A stretch of DNA of 64,000 nt from Eledone cirrhosa (lineage: Eukaryota), in the NCBI GenBank assembly GCA_964016885.1, contig OZ024741.1:192076001-192140000 (forward strand), read 5' to 3'. Position 1 is the first letter of the stretch; each line of letters starts with the position of its first letter. This document shows positions 26,550 to 38,989 of this stretch, piece after piece. The notes under the pieces were generated by a model. The model ran no database searches. It saw nothing but the letters and a program-made list of their open reading frames with translations, and had not been told where the DNA came from. The translations under genes and the position numbers were made by a program.

Positions 26550-27430
26550 GAACCCATTGTGATCGAGGAACGTGAGGCTGCCTGCGAGACGTAGAACCGG
26601 CTTGGACTTAGCCCAGTAGACGTCCCTCCTCCTCCTCCCCCTCCTGACCTCAAGTCCCCCCAGAGTACTTGGGATGCCATCCAGTGCAACCTGGCCTCAG
26701 ACAGGCTAGCGCGCCAGCTTGACCAGCACCGCCTTGCATGTTTTTGTGCAGCCTCACAACCACACAGCAGTGCCTGGCTCCATGCCTTACCCTCCTTCTC
26801 CACTGGCACACAGCTGGACAATGATAGCCTGTGCATTGGGGTTTCCCTGAGGCTTGGCCTCCGGATCTGTGAGCCGCACAAATGTCGTAGCGGATCCACC
26901 GTGGACTCTTTTGGCTACCACTTGCTTTCCTGTCACTACAGTGCCAGCCGCCTTCTATGCCATGCTGCTCTCAACAAGGTCATAAAGCATGGCTTGAATG
27001 CTGCAGGCTTCTCCTCCCAGCTCGAGCCGGTGGGGCTCGACCGAGGGGACAGCAAGAGACCAGATGGTATGACCATCTTCCTGTTTCGCAGAGGTAAACC
27101 CCTCGTCTGGGATGCCACTTGCAGCGACACATCCTCCAGCCGCAAACTGGTGCAGTCTGCAACTAACCCAGGTTCTGCTGCACTTTGGGCTGAGGAGGGT
27201 AAACTCTCCAAGAATCAGTCGCTCTCTGAAAGGTTTGCAATTGAGCCCCTAGCAGTGGAAACTTCTGGTGTCCTTGGTCCTAGGGCTACCTCCCTACTTA
27301 CCACCATAGGCGCTGAGCTGGCTAACCGCAGATGTGAGCCTCGCGAGATGGAATGGCTCTTCCAGCGCATCTCTCTTACCATTTTCTGGGGAAACGCCTT
27401 CTCTATTCTGTCTGCCGGGGCCGTGGGGTG
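26550..27430 (+). mobile_element. CRE-clade non-LTR retrotransposon C-terminal fragment (zinc motif plus restriction-like endonuclease)
   Basis: LGLRICEPHKC...YHLLSC...HAALN...LEPVGLDRGDSKRPDGMT...PLVWDATCSDT...PLAVETSG...LFQRISL..GN. GC-rich compared with flanks. Confidence 0.8.
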
Positions 27431-28727
27431 GCCAGCATGTGGAAGCCCATTTGCTCATAATACAGAGAGATGGGAAGAGCAAGGGAGATGGAAGTGGTAA
27501 CAGTGGTAGTTCGGCTCCTTTGTGTTCGGACCTAGTGTGCAGCGTCGGTTGTCGTCTTGATGTATTCTCTCACTCCCTTTCCTTTACTTTGTGTTCATTT
27601 TATAGATTTCTAACCAATAATATTTAGACAGTAGAATGTCTACAATAGGCATTATCATTTTTAACACCTACAATTATAATTCTAACACCGATAAAGTTAT
27701 ACACTTTAATCCTTTTGATACCAATCTGCCTGAAAACACTCATGATTCTATATGAAGCCTCCCATTTTATTTTGTTTATATTTATTTAAAAACCTTTCAT
27801 CTTAATTTTATGTAAATACCTTTCTTAGGTTATGTTCCCAGAAACACCTTAATAATGACTAATGTCAAAGTTAGCTATTTTACTCAATCTCTTCAAATTT
27901 TTGATTATTTTCAAAATTATTTGAATCAGATTGATAGTGTCTTTCATTAAGGGTTAACTGGGAGGAGAAAGAATAACACAGACAAGAAGAATATCCTGAC
28001 ATCTCATTTTTGATGTGTCAACTGTTGGGCAGAAGAGGGAGAAGAGAGAGACCCCAGAAGACAATCAGCTCCACCACAAATTAGATAGGTGAGAGAGATA
28101 GAGAGGATGAAAGAAAAACAAACACTACCACTTCAATTTTTAACATAGAGTCAGGCAGACGAACCCCACCCTCCTTCTGACAAGTCACCCCACCAACACC
28201 TCAATTGAGAGAGAGTATGGGGAGAAAGAGTGAGAGAGTGAAGAAGACAGAAGACACTCCTCTCCAGATAATCAGTAGCAAAACCACTTCTACTGTCAAC
28301 AGAGAGAGAGAGAGAGAGAGAGAATCAATGACCAACCAACCAGCCCTTCAACCTGGATATCAAAGGTATTCCATTTTCAATTAATTACAACCTTTTTAAA
28401 TTTTGTTTTGTAGTTTTTATTCTTTTTAGTGGGGGATGGGGGGGGGGGGGGTCTGAAGGACAGATGGGTGGTTGTGGTGAGAGTGTAAGGGGAAGAGAAA
28501 TATCTTGTCTGGGTTTTGTTTTTAATACAGCAACAAGAAAAGAAAAAAACTATCAGCACCAGGATTACTACAACAAAAACAATCACCATGGCTCCACTAT
28601 CCTAAAAACAACATCAATTACCATTACTACTACTACCCTTTCCAAACAACAACAATAAACTCCATAACTACCTGTGTGTAAATTTATATACTCATTCATG
28701 CAGTCTTGCTTACCTCTATACTCTATA

Positions 28728-29800
28728 TATCATCATCATCGTGTAATGTCTATTTTCCACACTCGCATGGGTTAAATGGGTTGCCATGTTATGAGACAAG
28801 TCAGGTTTGGAGACAATGTCATGCTCATATGGATCTGTATTTTGGCTTGGCTTTTATAGCTGGAGACCTTCCCTAACACCAACCATGTTACAATGCTGAC
28901 TGGATGCATTTTGTTGTGTCACCAGCATAACCACCAGCCAAGGTGGACTAGGTGCTATTTATCAGGTTACCAGCATGACTACATTACAGGGTGGACTGGG
29001 TGCTTTTTCTTGTGTTACCAACATGATTACCTTACAGTTTGGGTGTTTTTGTTGTGGCACCGGGTCAGTATACAAGGTTGGTTTAGTGCTTTTTGTCGTG
29101 ACAACAGTATTGTGGGAGACCAGATGTGCGTGTCTAGCTTTCATGTTTGTATGTGTGGGTTAGGCAGGCAAGGCAATGCTTGTTTCATTTCATTTTCTGC
29201 ACAGGGAAAGGCAGGTCTTCTGCAACACAGCATGATGCCAGAGATCTCGATCTTGTGTCATCTCCTTTGTGATGTTTAATTGGGCATGGTCAGCTTTTAT
29301 CACTTCATCCCAAGCTTTCTTAGGTCTTCCTCTTCCATAGTTTCTGTTGACTTAGAGTACCCTGCACCTTTTTATGCAGTTGCCATCCTCCATATGCATC
29401 ACACCATCTCCTCTCCTGTACACTACATCTGACTCCTCTTATGCTTAGTGACTCTTTCACTTCATTGATGCTTTGTTGTACATCTATATCTATTGGAGCA
29501 TGCAAGCTTAATTTCTTTTCAATCTTCATAGGTCTTCTGCACATTATTCTCCAGGTCTCACTTCCATGCAGTATTACTGTTCATACACAAGCTTTCATTT
29601 TGAGGGAAAAACTTGTTGTAACTAGCAGCGGTAGTAGCTCCCTGAACGTTTTCCATTCCATTCTCACTCTGGCTACTATACTTTCAGAACACCCACCTCC
29701 ACTGCTAATTTGGTCATCTAGTTAACAGAAACTATCAACTACAGTCTTCTGCACATTTAAAGGAGCTGGTTTCCTGTGAGCTCTTGCTACTAACTGCAGA
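28728..29800 (-). mobile_element. Diverged RTE LINE 3' fragment
   Basis: Paralogous to 13900-14940 (GGGCSES..ARV, GSETW, GVRCSVQERR) with a (GAT)n tail. Confidence 0.75.
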
Positions 29801-32479
29801 TGGTAGGTTTTTCCTCGATTTGAATATTCTTTTCAGGTGGTTAGTGGAGTTGTCGTCAGATCCAGGGGCCCACCTGTTGTTGTAGTGGTAGGCCCTCCAG
29901 CGGATCCTTCTAATGAAATTGTTGGTCTGCATTAGTAGAAGGTTCATGGATACATCATCCGAGGGTATAGGTGTGTCCTTTAGGGAGGAACTGTTGTGGA
30001 ACAATTCCATGGTGTTCCAGGTAAGCGCTCGACTAGGAAGGAGCTATGTATCCAGGGAGTGTAACTTGGACTTACTGTAGGTTCACCCGGTTGTCCAGTT
30101 CAGTGTCAAGGTGTAGAGCTATACAGAATATTCAAATCGAGGAAAAACCCACTGCACAACCCACTCCTAGAGGAGTTTGAGGACAGGATCATTACCATGG
30201 TCCGGAGTATTAAATTTAGAAAATCTACGCGAAATCCTGACAGAAGTGCATTCCTGTCTGAGCTCACATCCACCGTACAGAAGGTCAGGAAAAGCCCTGG
30301 CATCATCATACCAGCGGATAAGACGGGAAATATTTATAATTTGGAGTACAAAACCTACAAGAAATGCATCATAAACGAACTAGCTAAAATATACAAAACA
30401 TCAACACAGGAAAACCTAGCACACATAAACAAACAGGCAAAAACGATAATGACGGAATTGACCATAGACGACAGGACACAACCATACAACCCTAGGACAC
30501 CGAGGATATCGATTAAGGACCACAAACCGGACTTTCAGTCCAAACTACCGGTCAGACTCATAGCTCCCTCTAAATCAGACCTAGGTAGACTAAGCAAATG
30601 CATCATTGACCGGACAATGCAAGAACTAAGAAATAGGACTAAACTCAGCCTGTGGTCCTGTACAAAAGAGGTAATTGACTGGTTCTCCGGCATTGAAACC
30701 AAGTCGGACGTCCAATTCGTACAATTGGACATTGCGAACTATTACGTCTCTATATCCCCAGTCATCCTAAACAAGGCACTGATCTCAGCCATGAACAGAT
30801 CAAGCCTCACCAGAAAGGAGGTAGACATCATACTAGTAGCTAGGAAAACCTTACTAGAATTAGACGGTAAATTATGGGAACGACAAAATAGACCAGATAG
30901 CTTCAACATTACTATGGGATCTAGTGACTCTGCACAAGTTACGGATGTAGTAGGCCTCCTAAATATAATAATGGATGAGATCCCCACCATGGGCGGAGGC
31001 TTGTACCGGGACGACGCCCTACTCAAGGCCCGCGGACTCAATAATAGCCAATTAGATAGACTACACAAACGACTTAGATATATCTTTAAGACCCAAGGAT
31101 TAGTGGTAGAAATAGAACCTAACAGTAGGACAGTAAACTTCTTAGATGTCACATTAGAATTAGACACAGGTCTCTACTGCCCATACCATAAACCAAACAA
31201 AAACCTAAAATATGTCAACAGACACTCCAACCACTCTAGGAGCATAATTAACTCAATAGTTAAAAGCGTTTCCTAACGAGTGTCAAACCTGTCGGCGAAC
31301 AAAACTATCTTCAACAAGCACACGGAATACTATAACTCCGCACTTGAAAAGGCTGGGTACAATGAGAAGATAACTTACAATGACCAAACTAGAACCACAA
31401 CACCGCTAAACCAAAACAGACCTTTAGAAACCCATATAGACGAGGACACCCCACCTAGAACAAATACGAACCAAAGACCACCCTTAGCCGGCAGGGCAGG
31501 CAGCGTTACACACAACTGTCATGGAGATAAAGCTATACTCTCCAACCCCAATAAGGACTCTGATTATAGCACACGATGACCTAGTAATAGAGACCCAAGA
31601 CTTAACGCAATAGAATAGCAAGAACCCCCATGACAAATACGCCTGACCAAAACACACCCACACAACCACTAAACCACAACAGCTATACTAAGCACCGTAC
31701 AGCACGAAGCAGACCCGTGACATGGTACAACGCTCCGTACTCTATACACGTTGCCACCAATATACCGGGAACCTTCTTCAGAGCTCTTGACCAATCCTTC
31801 CCACCCATACATAAATATCACAAGCTCTTTAATAGACACACTGTCAAATTCTCCTTCTCCACAACACCAAATCTAGGCGACACAATAGCACACGCAAATA
31901 GGACAAAAATACACGAGAGCACCACAACCAACCACAACCCAGAATAAAACAACACACACAACACAACAACCGACAGCGTAGCAACAAACCCATAACCCCC
32001 AACTGCAACTGCAAAAGGCGGGTGGAATGCCCACTAACCACTAAACGAGGAGTGTCTCGTTAAAAACATTGTTTACCGGTGCGATGTCACAGCGGGCCAA
32101 AAAGAGTACTCCTACATCGACTACGTTTAAGGAACGCTTGTATAACCACAAAAGTTCCTTCAAACACAGGCCCAAACGATCCCAAACAAGACTGGCGGAC
32201 TTGATCTGGAACCTCAAAGACAAGAACTTGGAATACCAGATCAAGTGGTCAGTTAAAAGACGTGTGGCACATCTCCTCAACGACAAAAACCACTGCAGAT
32301 TATGCCTGGCCGAAGCGGCTGAGATCATTAAATTGAAATCGGCCATAAACTCAACATCTGACGTTATTATAAACTGCAGACACACCAGAATGATCACCTT
32401 CTCTGCACAAACATTCGGCCGAGGGCCAAACACTAACCCTGACCCAACATAGGGATAACCAACTTTGCTTTTCCACACC

Positions 32480-32812
32480 GTCCCTCATCTCAATACATTT
32501 GGCTTCTATAACATGTAACCCATGGTAAGATCAAATCTTGTAAATATCATGTCACACCATTCACCCCCACCAACAAACACTTCGCCATACATCCCCCATC
32601 TCAATACTATTGTGTTCTATGTGTCTTCTCTGTCAGGTATTAACTTGTAACCCATCGTAAAATCTGACCCTGTAAATATGATGTCGAACAAATCATCCCC
32701 ACCACCACTACTATCCCTCAGTCCAGTACCCCGTGTTCCCTATGTCACGTTTTAACCTGTAATCCATCGTAAAATTCGACCCTGCAAATATCATGTCACA
32801 ACCACCAGACAC
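32480..32812 (+). repeat. Three imperfect ~110-120-bp tandem repeats downstream of the PLE ORF
   Basis: Core tgtaa.ccat.gtaa.at....cc.tg.aaatat.atgtc at about 32514, 32646 and 32758. Confidence 0.7.
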
Positions 32813-33105
32813 ATCACCATACTTACACAACCATCAACATCACCAACACATATCATCCCTCCTTAAACAACGCATGTGTGTGTGTCTGTGTGTAGACATA
32901 TCTGTACGAACGCCATCCCCACTGGCTCTCTCACTCTCTCTCTCTATCTCTATATATATATATAACCAAAAGTTAAACAAGGTTCATTGATTAATCAATG
33001 AATATAGTTTTACAATAGATTAGAAGCACTCAACAAAGAAGTTTTCTGGAGTTATTAATATTAATTCAAAATATTAATAAATATAGACATTCATGTGATC
33101 AAATA

Positions 33106-33171
33106 TATTTTATTATATATATTTCAGAGGTACTGTGCTGTTTCCTCAGTACCTCCTCATCAGATAAAATA
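33106..33171 (-). ncRNA. Type I hammerhead ribozyme motif, intact copy, sense to SCYL1 pre-mRNA
   Basis: TATTTTAT-CTGATGA-G-GAGGTACTG(11 nt)CAGTACCTC-T-GAAA-TATATA-TA^ATAAAATA: 8-bp stem I, 9-bp stem II plus G.U, palindromic stem III. Confidence 0.75.
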
Positions 33172-33223
33172 AATTGATGTCTGACATACCTCAACTACAA
33201 TTGAGGTATGTCAGACATCAATT

Positions 33224-33289
33224 TATTTTATCTGATGAGGACGTACTGAGGAAACAGCACAGTACCTCTGAAATATATATAATAAAATA
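33224..33289 (+). ncRNA. Type I hammerhead ribozyme motif, inverted copy
   Basis: Mirror copy of 33106-33171 with one G>C change in stem II. Confidence 0.7.
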
Positions 33290-33306
33290 TATTTGATCAC
33301 ATGAAT

Positions 33307-34494
33307 CATCATCATCATCATCATCAACGTTTAACATCCATGTTCCACGCTTGCATGGGTTTGGACGGGGGTATTTCCCACTTGAGGCAAGAGTGATTGT
33401 CTTGCTCGCATAGGACTGTCTGGCGGGTTTTCTACAGCTGGATGCCCTTCCTAACGCCAACCACATTTACAGTGTGGGGCTGGGAGGTTTTTACCGTGTT
33501 GCCTACACGGCCACATTACAGCGTGGACTGTCTGGCGGGTTTTCTACGGCTGGATGCCCTTCCTAACACCAACCACATTTACAGTGTGGGGCTGGGAGGT
33601 TTTTACCGTGTTGCCTACACGGCCACATTACAGCATGGACTGTGTGTTTTTTTGTCGTGACACCTACACGATCTCATTTGTTTCGGCCTGGATGTAGTGG
33701 CACCAACATAACTTTACATTGAAGGGGCGGTGTGGAGGGGGTGGGGGTGGTGGGAGGGGGGTGTATTTTGTTAGAGATGCCTCCTGACTGTAGTAGGTTT
33801 TACTTTGTATTTAGGTAAAGCGGGTCTTCTCTATTACTGAGTACCGCCAAAGGTCTCGGTCCAGTGACATTGTCTTGGAGAGGTGTAAGTGTGTGAGGTC
33901 GGAATTTATCAGCTCGTCCCAGGTTTTTCTGGGTCTGCCTACTCCGTGGCTACCGTCTATCTTTATTGCCCTGCACTTTGTTATACAGCTATCGTCTTTC
34001 ATGCGCATCACATGACCATACCAACGTAGCCTTCTCTCGAGTAAACAACATCTGATCCCTCTTATTTCTAATTTTTTCCTTAGTTCGTTTATGCTTTACC
34101 GTTCACGTATATTACTATTACACATCCAGCGGAGCATGCAAGCTTCGTTCCTCTCTAGTCTGCGTATATCCTCTGCACACAATGCCCAGGTCTCACTGCC
34201 ATGCAACATTGCTGTTCGTATGCAGGCATCATACAACCTGCCTTTCATTTTTAGGGAGAACCCTTTAGCGGCTAATAGTGGTATAAGCTCTCTGAACTTT
34301 TTCCATCCAGTTCTGACTCTAGCTACGGTACTTTCAGAGCACCCTCCCCTCTGCTGATTTTGTCACCCAGGTAACGGAAGCTGTCCACTATTTCTATAGA
34401 ACCCTCTGCGCAGTTGAAAGAGCTAGTATTTTGTGGGTACTTGCTGCTACTTATTGCACCAGAGCACCGGCCACATGTAAAATCTATGTTCTTA
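33307..34494 (-). mobile_element. RTE LINE 3' fragment inserted in a hairpin arm
   Basis: Highly similar to 13900-14967; internal tandem duplication of about 113 bp in the 3'UTR (33413-33640). Confidence 0.9.
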
Positions 34495-37339
34495 TGTCTA
34501 TATTTATTAATATTTTGAATTAATATTTATATATATATATATATATATATATACTCACATGTGTATCTATACTACGTATTTGTCAGACCTAGTGTGTCTG
34601 TATGTATCTCCTTAGGAAAAAGAAACCACGAACACAATCATCACACCACCATAAACACCGCTACTTTTCATCTTTATCACAAACTACTACACCACACCCA
34701 TACCACACACAAAAATCAGCCACATCTACATGCCAAACTGTCAGCCAGCACCCCCACACCCCCGCCCACTTCAACCTGCGATCGACACCACAAAATTTTC
34801 ACCACACCCACCCCTACATACACTACGGGCAAAAACATCCCTATGAACTAATCCCCCAATCAAAACAAACTTTACTGACATTATCATACAGCATGTATTC
34901 ATTCTTCCATTAACATTACAAGGGGTCTGACGAGCCGCGGATTACAGAGTCAGGTCAGATCGATACGCTCGTCACCAACCAATAAACATAATGAAGGAGT
35001 AACCAATCATCCTTGTCATCTTATTTAACTATATATATATATAAAGAATTAGTATATCTATCAACATACATATACAGATGCATACCTATGCTAGCAAATA
35101 TATAGGTTTTGTCTTAGTAACTTTGTGGTTCAATGCAAGGGAATGCAGAACAATTATATGAAAGACGTAAAATAAGAAAATTATAAAAATTAACTTACTT
35201 ACTAAAATTTCACTCTGGAGTGAAATTTTAGTAAGTAAGTTAATTTTTATAATTTTCTTATTTTACGTCTTTCATATATATATATATATCATCATTTCAT
35301 TGTTGTTTGACAGCTGTTTTCCTTGGTAGCAAGAGTTGAATGGGTCTACATAGACCTCCCAGACAGCCCGGGTGGGGTCTGCATTATATCAAATGCAGAG
35401 GCGAGGCTGTCATATATTTGACACAACTGAAGGGTCCTCCTAACCCTTTGTTTATACATATACATGTACACATGTATTGTGATACTCTATGTATATATAG
35501 TTTGGCACTGTTATATATACATTTACTAATATTCTGGATTTTCAATAAATGGTACATATTAACCCCCAAAACAAGGAATATAATACTGAGTGTGTTTCTT
35601 GTGTGTATTTAAGAGTTGAGATTGTCAGTTTGTTGTCATTTTTCCAAGAGAAGAAACAAATACACATAATTTGAGACTATAGATGAAGATACTTGCTGAA
35701 AGTGCTTCACAGTGCAATAAAACCTAAATGGCTGCAAAGCACATTTCTTAACCACTTGACCATGTCTATACCTTCTAACCACATAGCCACTCTCTCTCTC
35801 TCACACACACAATTATCATTTTATATCCGTTTACCAGATGGGTCAGAGATACCGCTGACTTGTTACTCCATAATGCCAACCACCTTAGAAGGTGTACTGT
35901 GTGCATTTTATCATGGTCCCAGTAATAAAAAAACAGTGACTTATACTATACTTATACACACCTAAGTAAACTGTCTGACAAAGTGCCAGGAATTATCTCA
36001 GGTTTCTACAAAACTCAAAGGAAATCCACAATGGAGTACTGTTGTTGTTACACAAAAGTTCTACAGTAGATTCTGAAAATGGCCACTTTACTCATTGGCA
36101 TGAAGTCACTGGCAAATATATTCTCACCTCTAGCCCCCAAACATGCTGTCATCTTCGTTTTTTATATCGTGACTACAGTGGCATCCGAAGCATTCTGAAC
36201 CTACTTGACTCCTTGCTTAACAGTAATATAAATGAAGCCGCTTCCAATTTAGTTACAAGGCAAGAAATTTGGGGAGAGTGTTAGCCAATAAAATTGACAC
36301 TGGTACTTAATTGATACTTGGATGATGAAAGACAAAGTTGATCTCAGTGGGATTTTATCTCAGAGCATAAAGACATTTGTGCAACATACTAGCGATTTTG
36401 CCAATTCATGACTGTAATATGAGTAGCATAATAACAATATGTCACTGGTGCCAAGCTGCATCGGCTTGTGCCTTTCATTCAAATAACCTTGTAGAGAAAA
36501 AATAATTATCAGTTTATGGGGAGGTTTAATGTATTTTGATCAGTTGTCTCAAGAAAAAAATAAACAATGACAACACTTCATAATAAACTGAATTTGACAA
36601 GTTACAGAAGTAACATGCACGCAAGAAGTAGATTCTGAAGAAAGTCAGTTAACAATAAAGACCTAAACTATAAAGTGTGTATTTTTAATTGGCAAATTGT
36701 AAGTTATTTGGTTGTAGTATGTGTAGAGTTAGTATTGGTTTGCTATTGAGGTTCGTTGTTCACTTTTGTGTGTGACAGATGTAATAGTAATAGTTGACTT
36801 GATGGGTGATTCCATGAATTGCTCTCTCCCATATAAGCGCTGTGGGAATGTCTGTGATTTATGGCAAATGAATTGAGTGTATCTCATTGTGTCAAAATGT
36901 GTGGCTGTACACATTGCCATAGTCAGTAGTTGAAAATTGAAGGTTTGAAAGTGAAATTGCCATTAGCAATATCTGATGAACAATAAAAAAAAAACACTAT
37001 GATAATAATTTTTATTAAGAAATAATCTATGCCGAAGTTATTTTGACAACACAGGAAAATAACAAGAAACTAAGTGAATTGTGTGTTATGTTTGTGTGGT
37101 TGGTTTATGTGAATGCTGTAGTAGTCTGACAAGATGCATGGAATTAATCTTTATTGAACCTGTTGAGAGGGCTGAAGTTTTTGGTTAAGAACTACATTCC
37201 CCTGCTTTGCTGGAGCAAACTTTGTGATGTGTCTCCTCTGAGAAACGAGAGCAGAATGGTTTGATGAAAGTGTTATCTTAAATAAATTGCCAATGACCTT
37301 AGTTGGGTGCTTTCTCAAGACAAACTGGTGACTCCCATC

Positions 37340-37740
37340 ACAACTAGAGCTAGCAGGTCTTGACTGCAGAGATGGCAAGCGCCCCGATGGAATCACCCTT
37401 TTCCCATTCAAAGGAAGTAGATCCCTCATCTAGGATGCCACATGCTGTGACACGTTCTCCGCCTCCAACTTAGTCGTTTCGGCCACAAACCCCGGTACTG
37501 CGGCCCGCTATGCAGAGGAAAGGAAAATAAAAAAATACCATGAAATGTCAGGCCACTTCCTCTTCGCACCGGTTGCTGTCAAGACCTCAGGCATACTTTG
37601 ACCTCGCACTGCCGAGCTCCTCTACCAGATCGGAACGTTGGCGGCTCATCTGAAGAAGGAGCCCTGCGAGGTGAGGTGGCTGTTGCAGTAGGTGTCGGTG
37701 GCCATAGTCCGCGGGAATGCTTTCAGTCTTGTCCATAGGG
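37340..37740 (+). mobile_element. Second, more degraded CRE-like endonuclease fragment
   Basis: [36 protein letters not shown]...FAPVAVKTSG...AIVRGNA. Confidence 0.7.
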
Positions 37741-38989
37741 TATAGCCCGATTACTGCCGCACCCTAGGCTCAGAGCCAAATCATCCTCCCCCTTCCTTTT
37801 CCATTTCTTTAAAATATTTTCTTATTTTACATTCCATTCTTTCTTCTCAATCTAATTTTTTTCTTCTTTCTTCTATTAAATTGTATTTGATACAAAGTAA
37901 AAATGAACATCTGTTGCCCAGAAGTCAGTATGTGTGCTGACATCAGCACAGGAGTTACAATTACTGCTACAAAATGACCCTCCCAAAATACAATATCAGT
38001 TACAACACACAAATTCACATAAGATTTTGGAAAACAAAAAACGATTATATATGTGGTTGAACAGATAAAACAAAACAAATACAGGGATGCAAGAATATAA
38101 AGTCTTACTAGGATCACACTTAGGAAGAAGTAGAGGAGTGTTTGGCAGTTCAGACAGAAGTCCTTCATCAGGAAATGGAGAGTTTGGATAGAGAGAGAAC
38201 AGGGAGGTACATGAAAGTTTGGAAACGGTTAAGAAGGTTGGATATATATATTAGGTGATTCAGTAGATTTGTGATTTACTGAGGAAGGTACCAATATTAG
38301 CACTCAATGTTATAGGAGAGTGTATATATTAAGAACAAAACAAGGTTTTGAGGTTTTTATTGATTAGGCTCAATTACAAATGTTTTACAGATGGGTGGCT
38401 CAGGACCCATATTAGTGCTATAGACCTGATTCCCCTATCTGCTTCTCAGATTTGTTAATCAAACAAAACCAAAAGTTTGGTCTATAACACTAATATGAAT
38501 CCTGAGCCACCCATCTGTGAAACATTCGTAAAAAACATCAATGTGAAACCCTGTTTTGTTCTCTCTCTCTCCCTCTATATATATATATATATATATATAA
38601 AGTTGTATTCCTGTTTGTTCACGAACTACTCCTATGGTTTTGGAGACAGACCCCCATAACCATATATATTCTGAAACTACATTGCCCAGGGTACTTGGAT
38701 AAGTATATTTCATTTTAATCAAAGGGTTCCCCGGGACCACAAACCCCCGCTCAAAATGTTTTCCCTTCGATTTATATGAAATTTAAACCATATGTAAATG
38801 ACAAGATATGATGCCTATTCACAAAAGTTTTGAATTGATATTTTGAAAATAATTATTTACAAGAAACAAAATAAGAATAAGATTTAATAATGTAATTTTG
38901 ATTTGATATATTACAAAAAATAATGTTTTCCAGTTTTCATGCATTACATTTTACATTGAGTAATATTGAAATGCAGAGTTTTTCTCCAT

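Larger units (their letters stand above)
29804..35030 (+). mobile_element. Penelope-like retroelement (RT plus GIY-YIG), inactivated, with inverted 5' segment and nested insertions
   Basis: PADKTGN, IKDHK..PVRLI, LDIANYY, TMGSSDSA, GLYRDD, NFLDVTL and SNH. In-frame TAA at 31274. Linker CNCKRRVEC, then IVYRC...SYI, TTFKERLYNH and CRLC. Pseudo-LTR-like sequence at 34921-35030. Confidence 0.88.

Noticed and set aside
29735-30010. 91-aa ORF as a standalone gene
   Set aside because: Chimeric read-through of the inverted PLE N-terminus into an RTE fragment.
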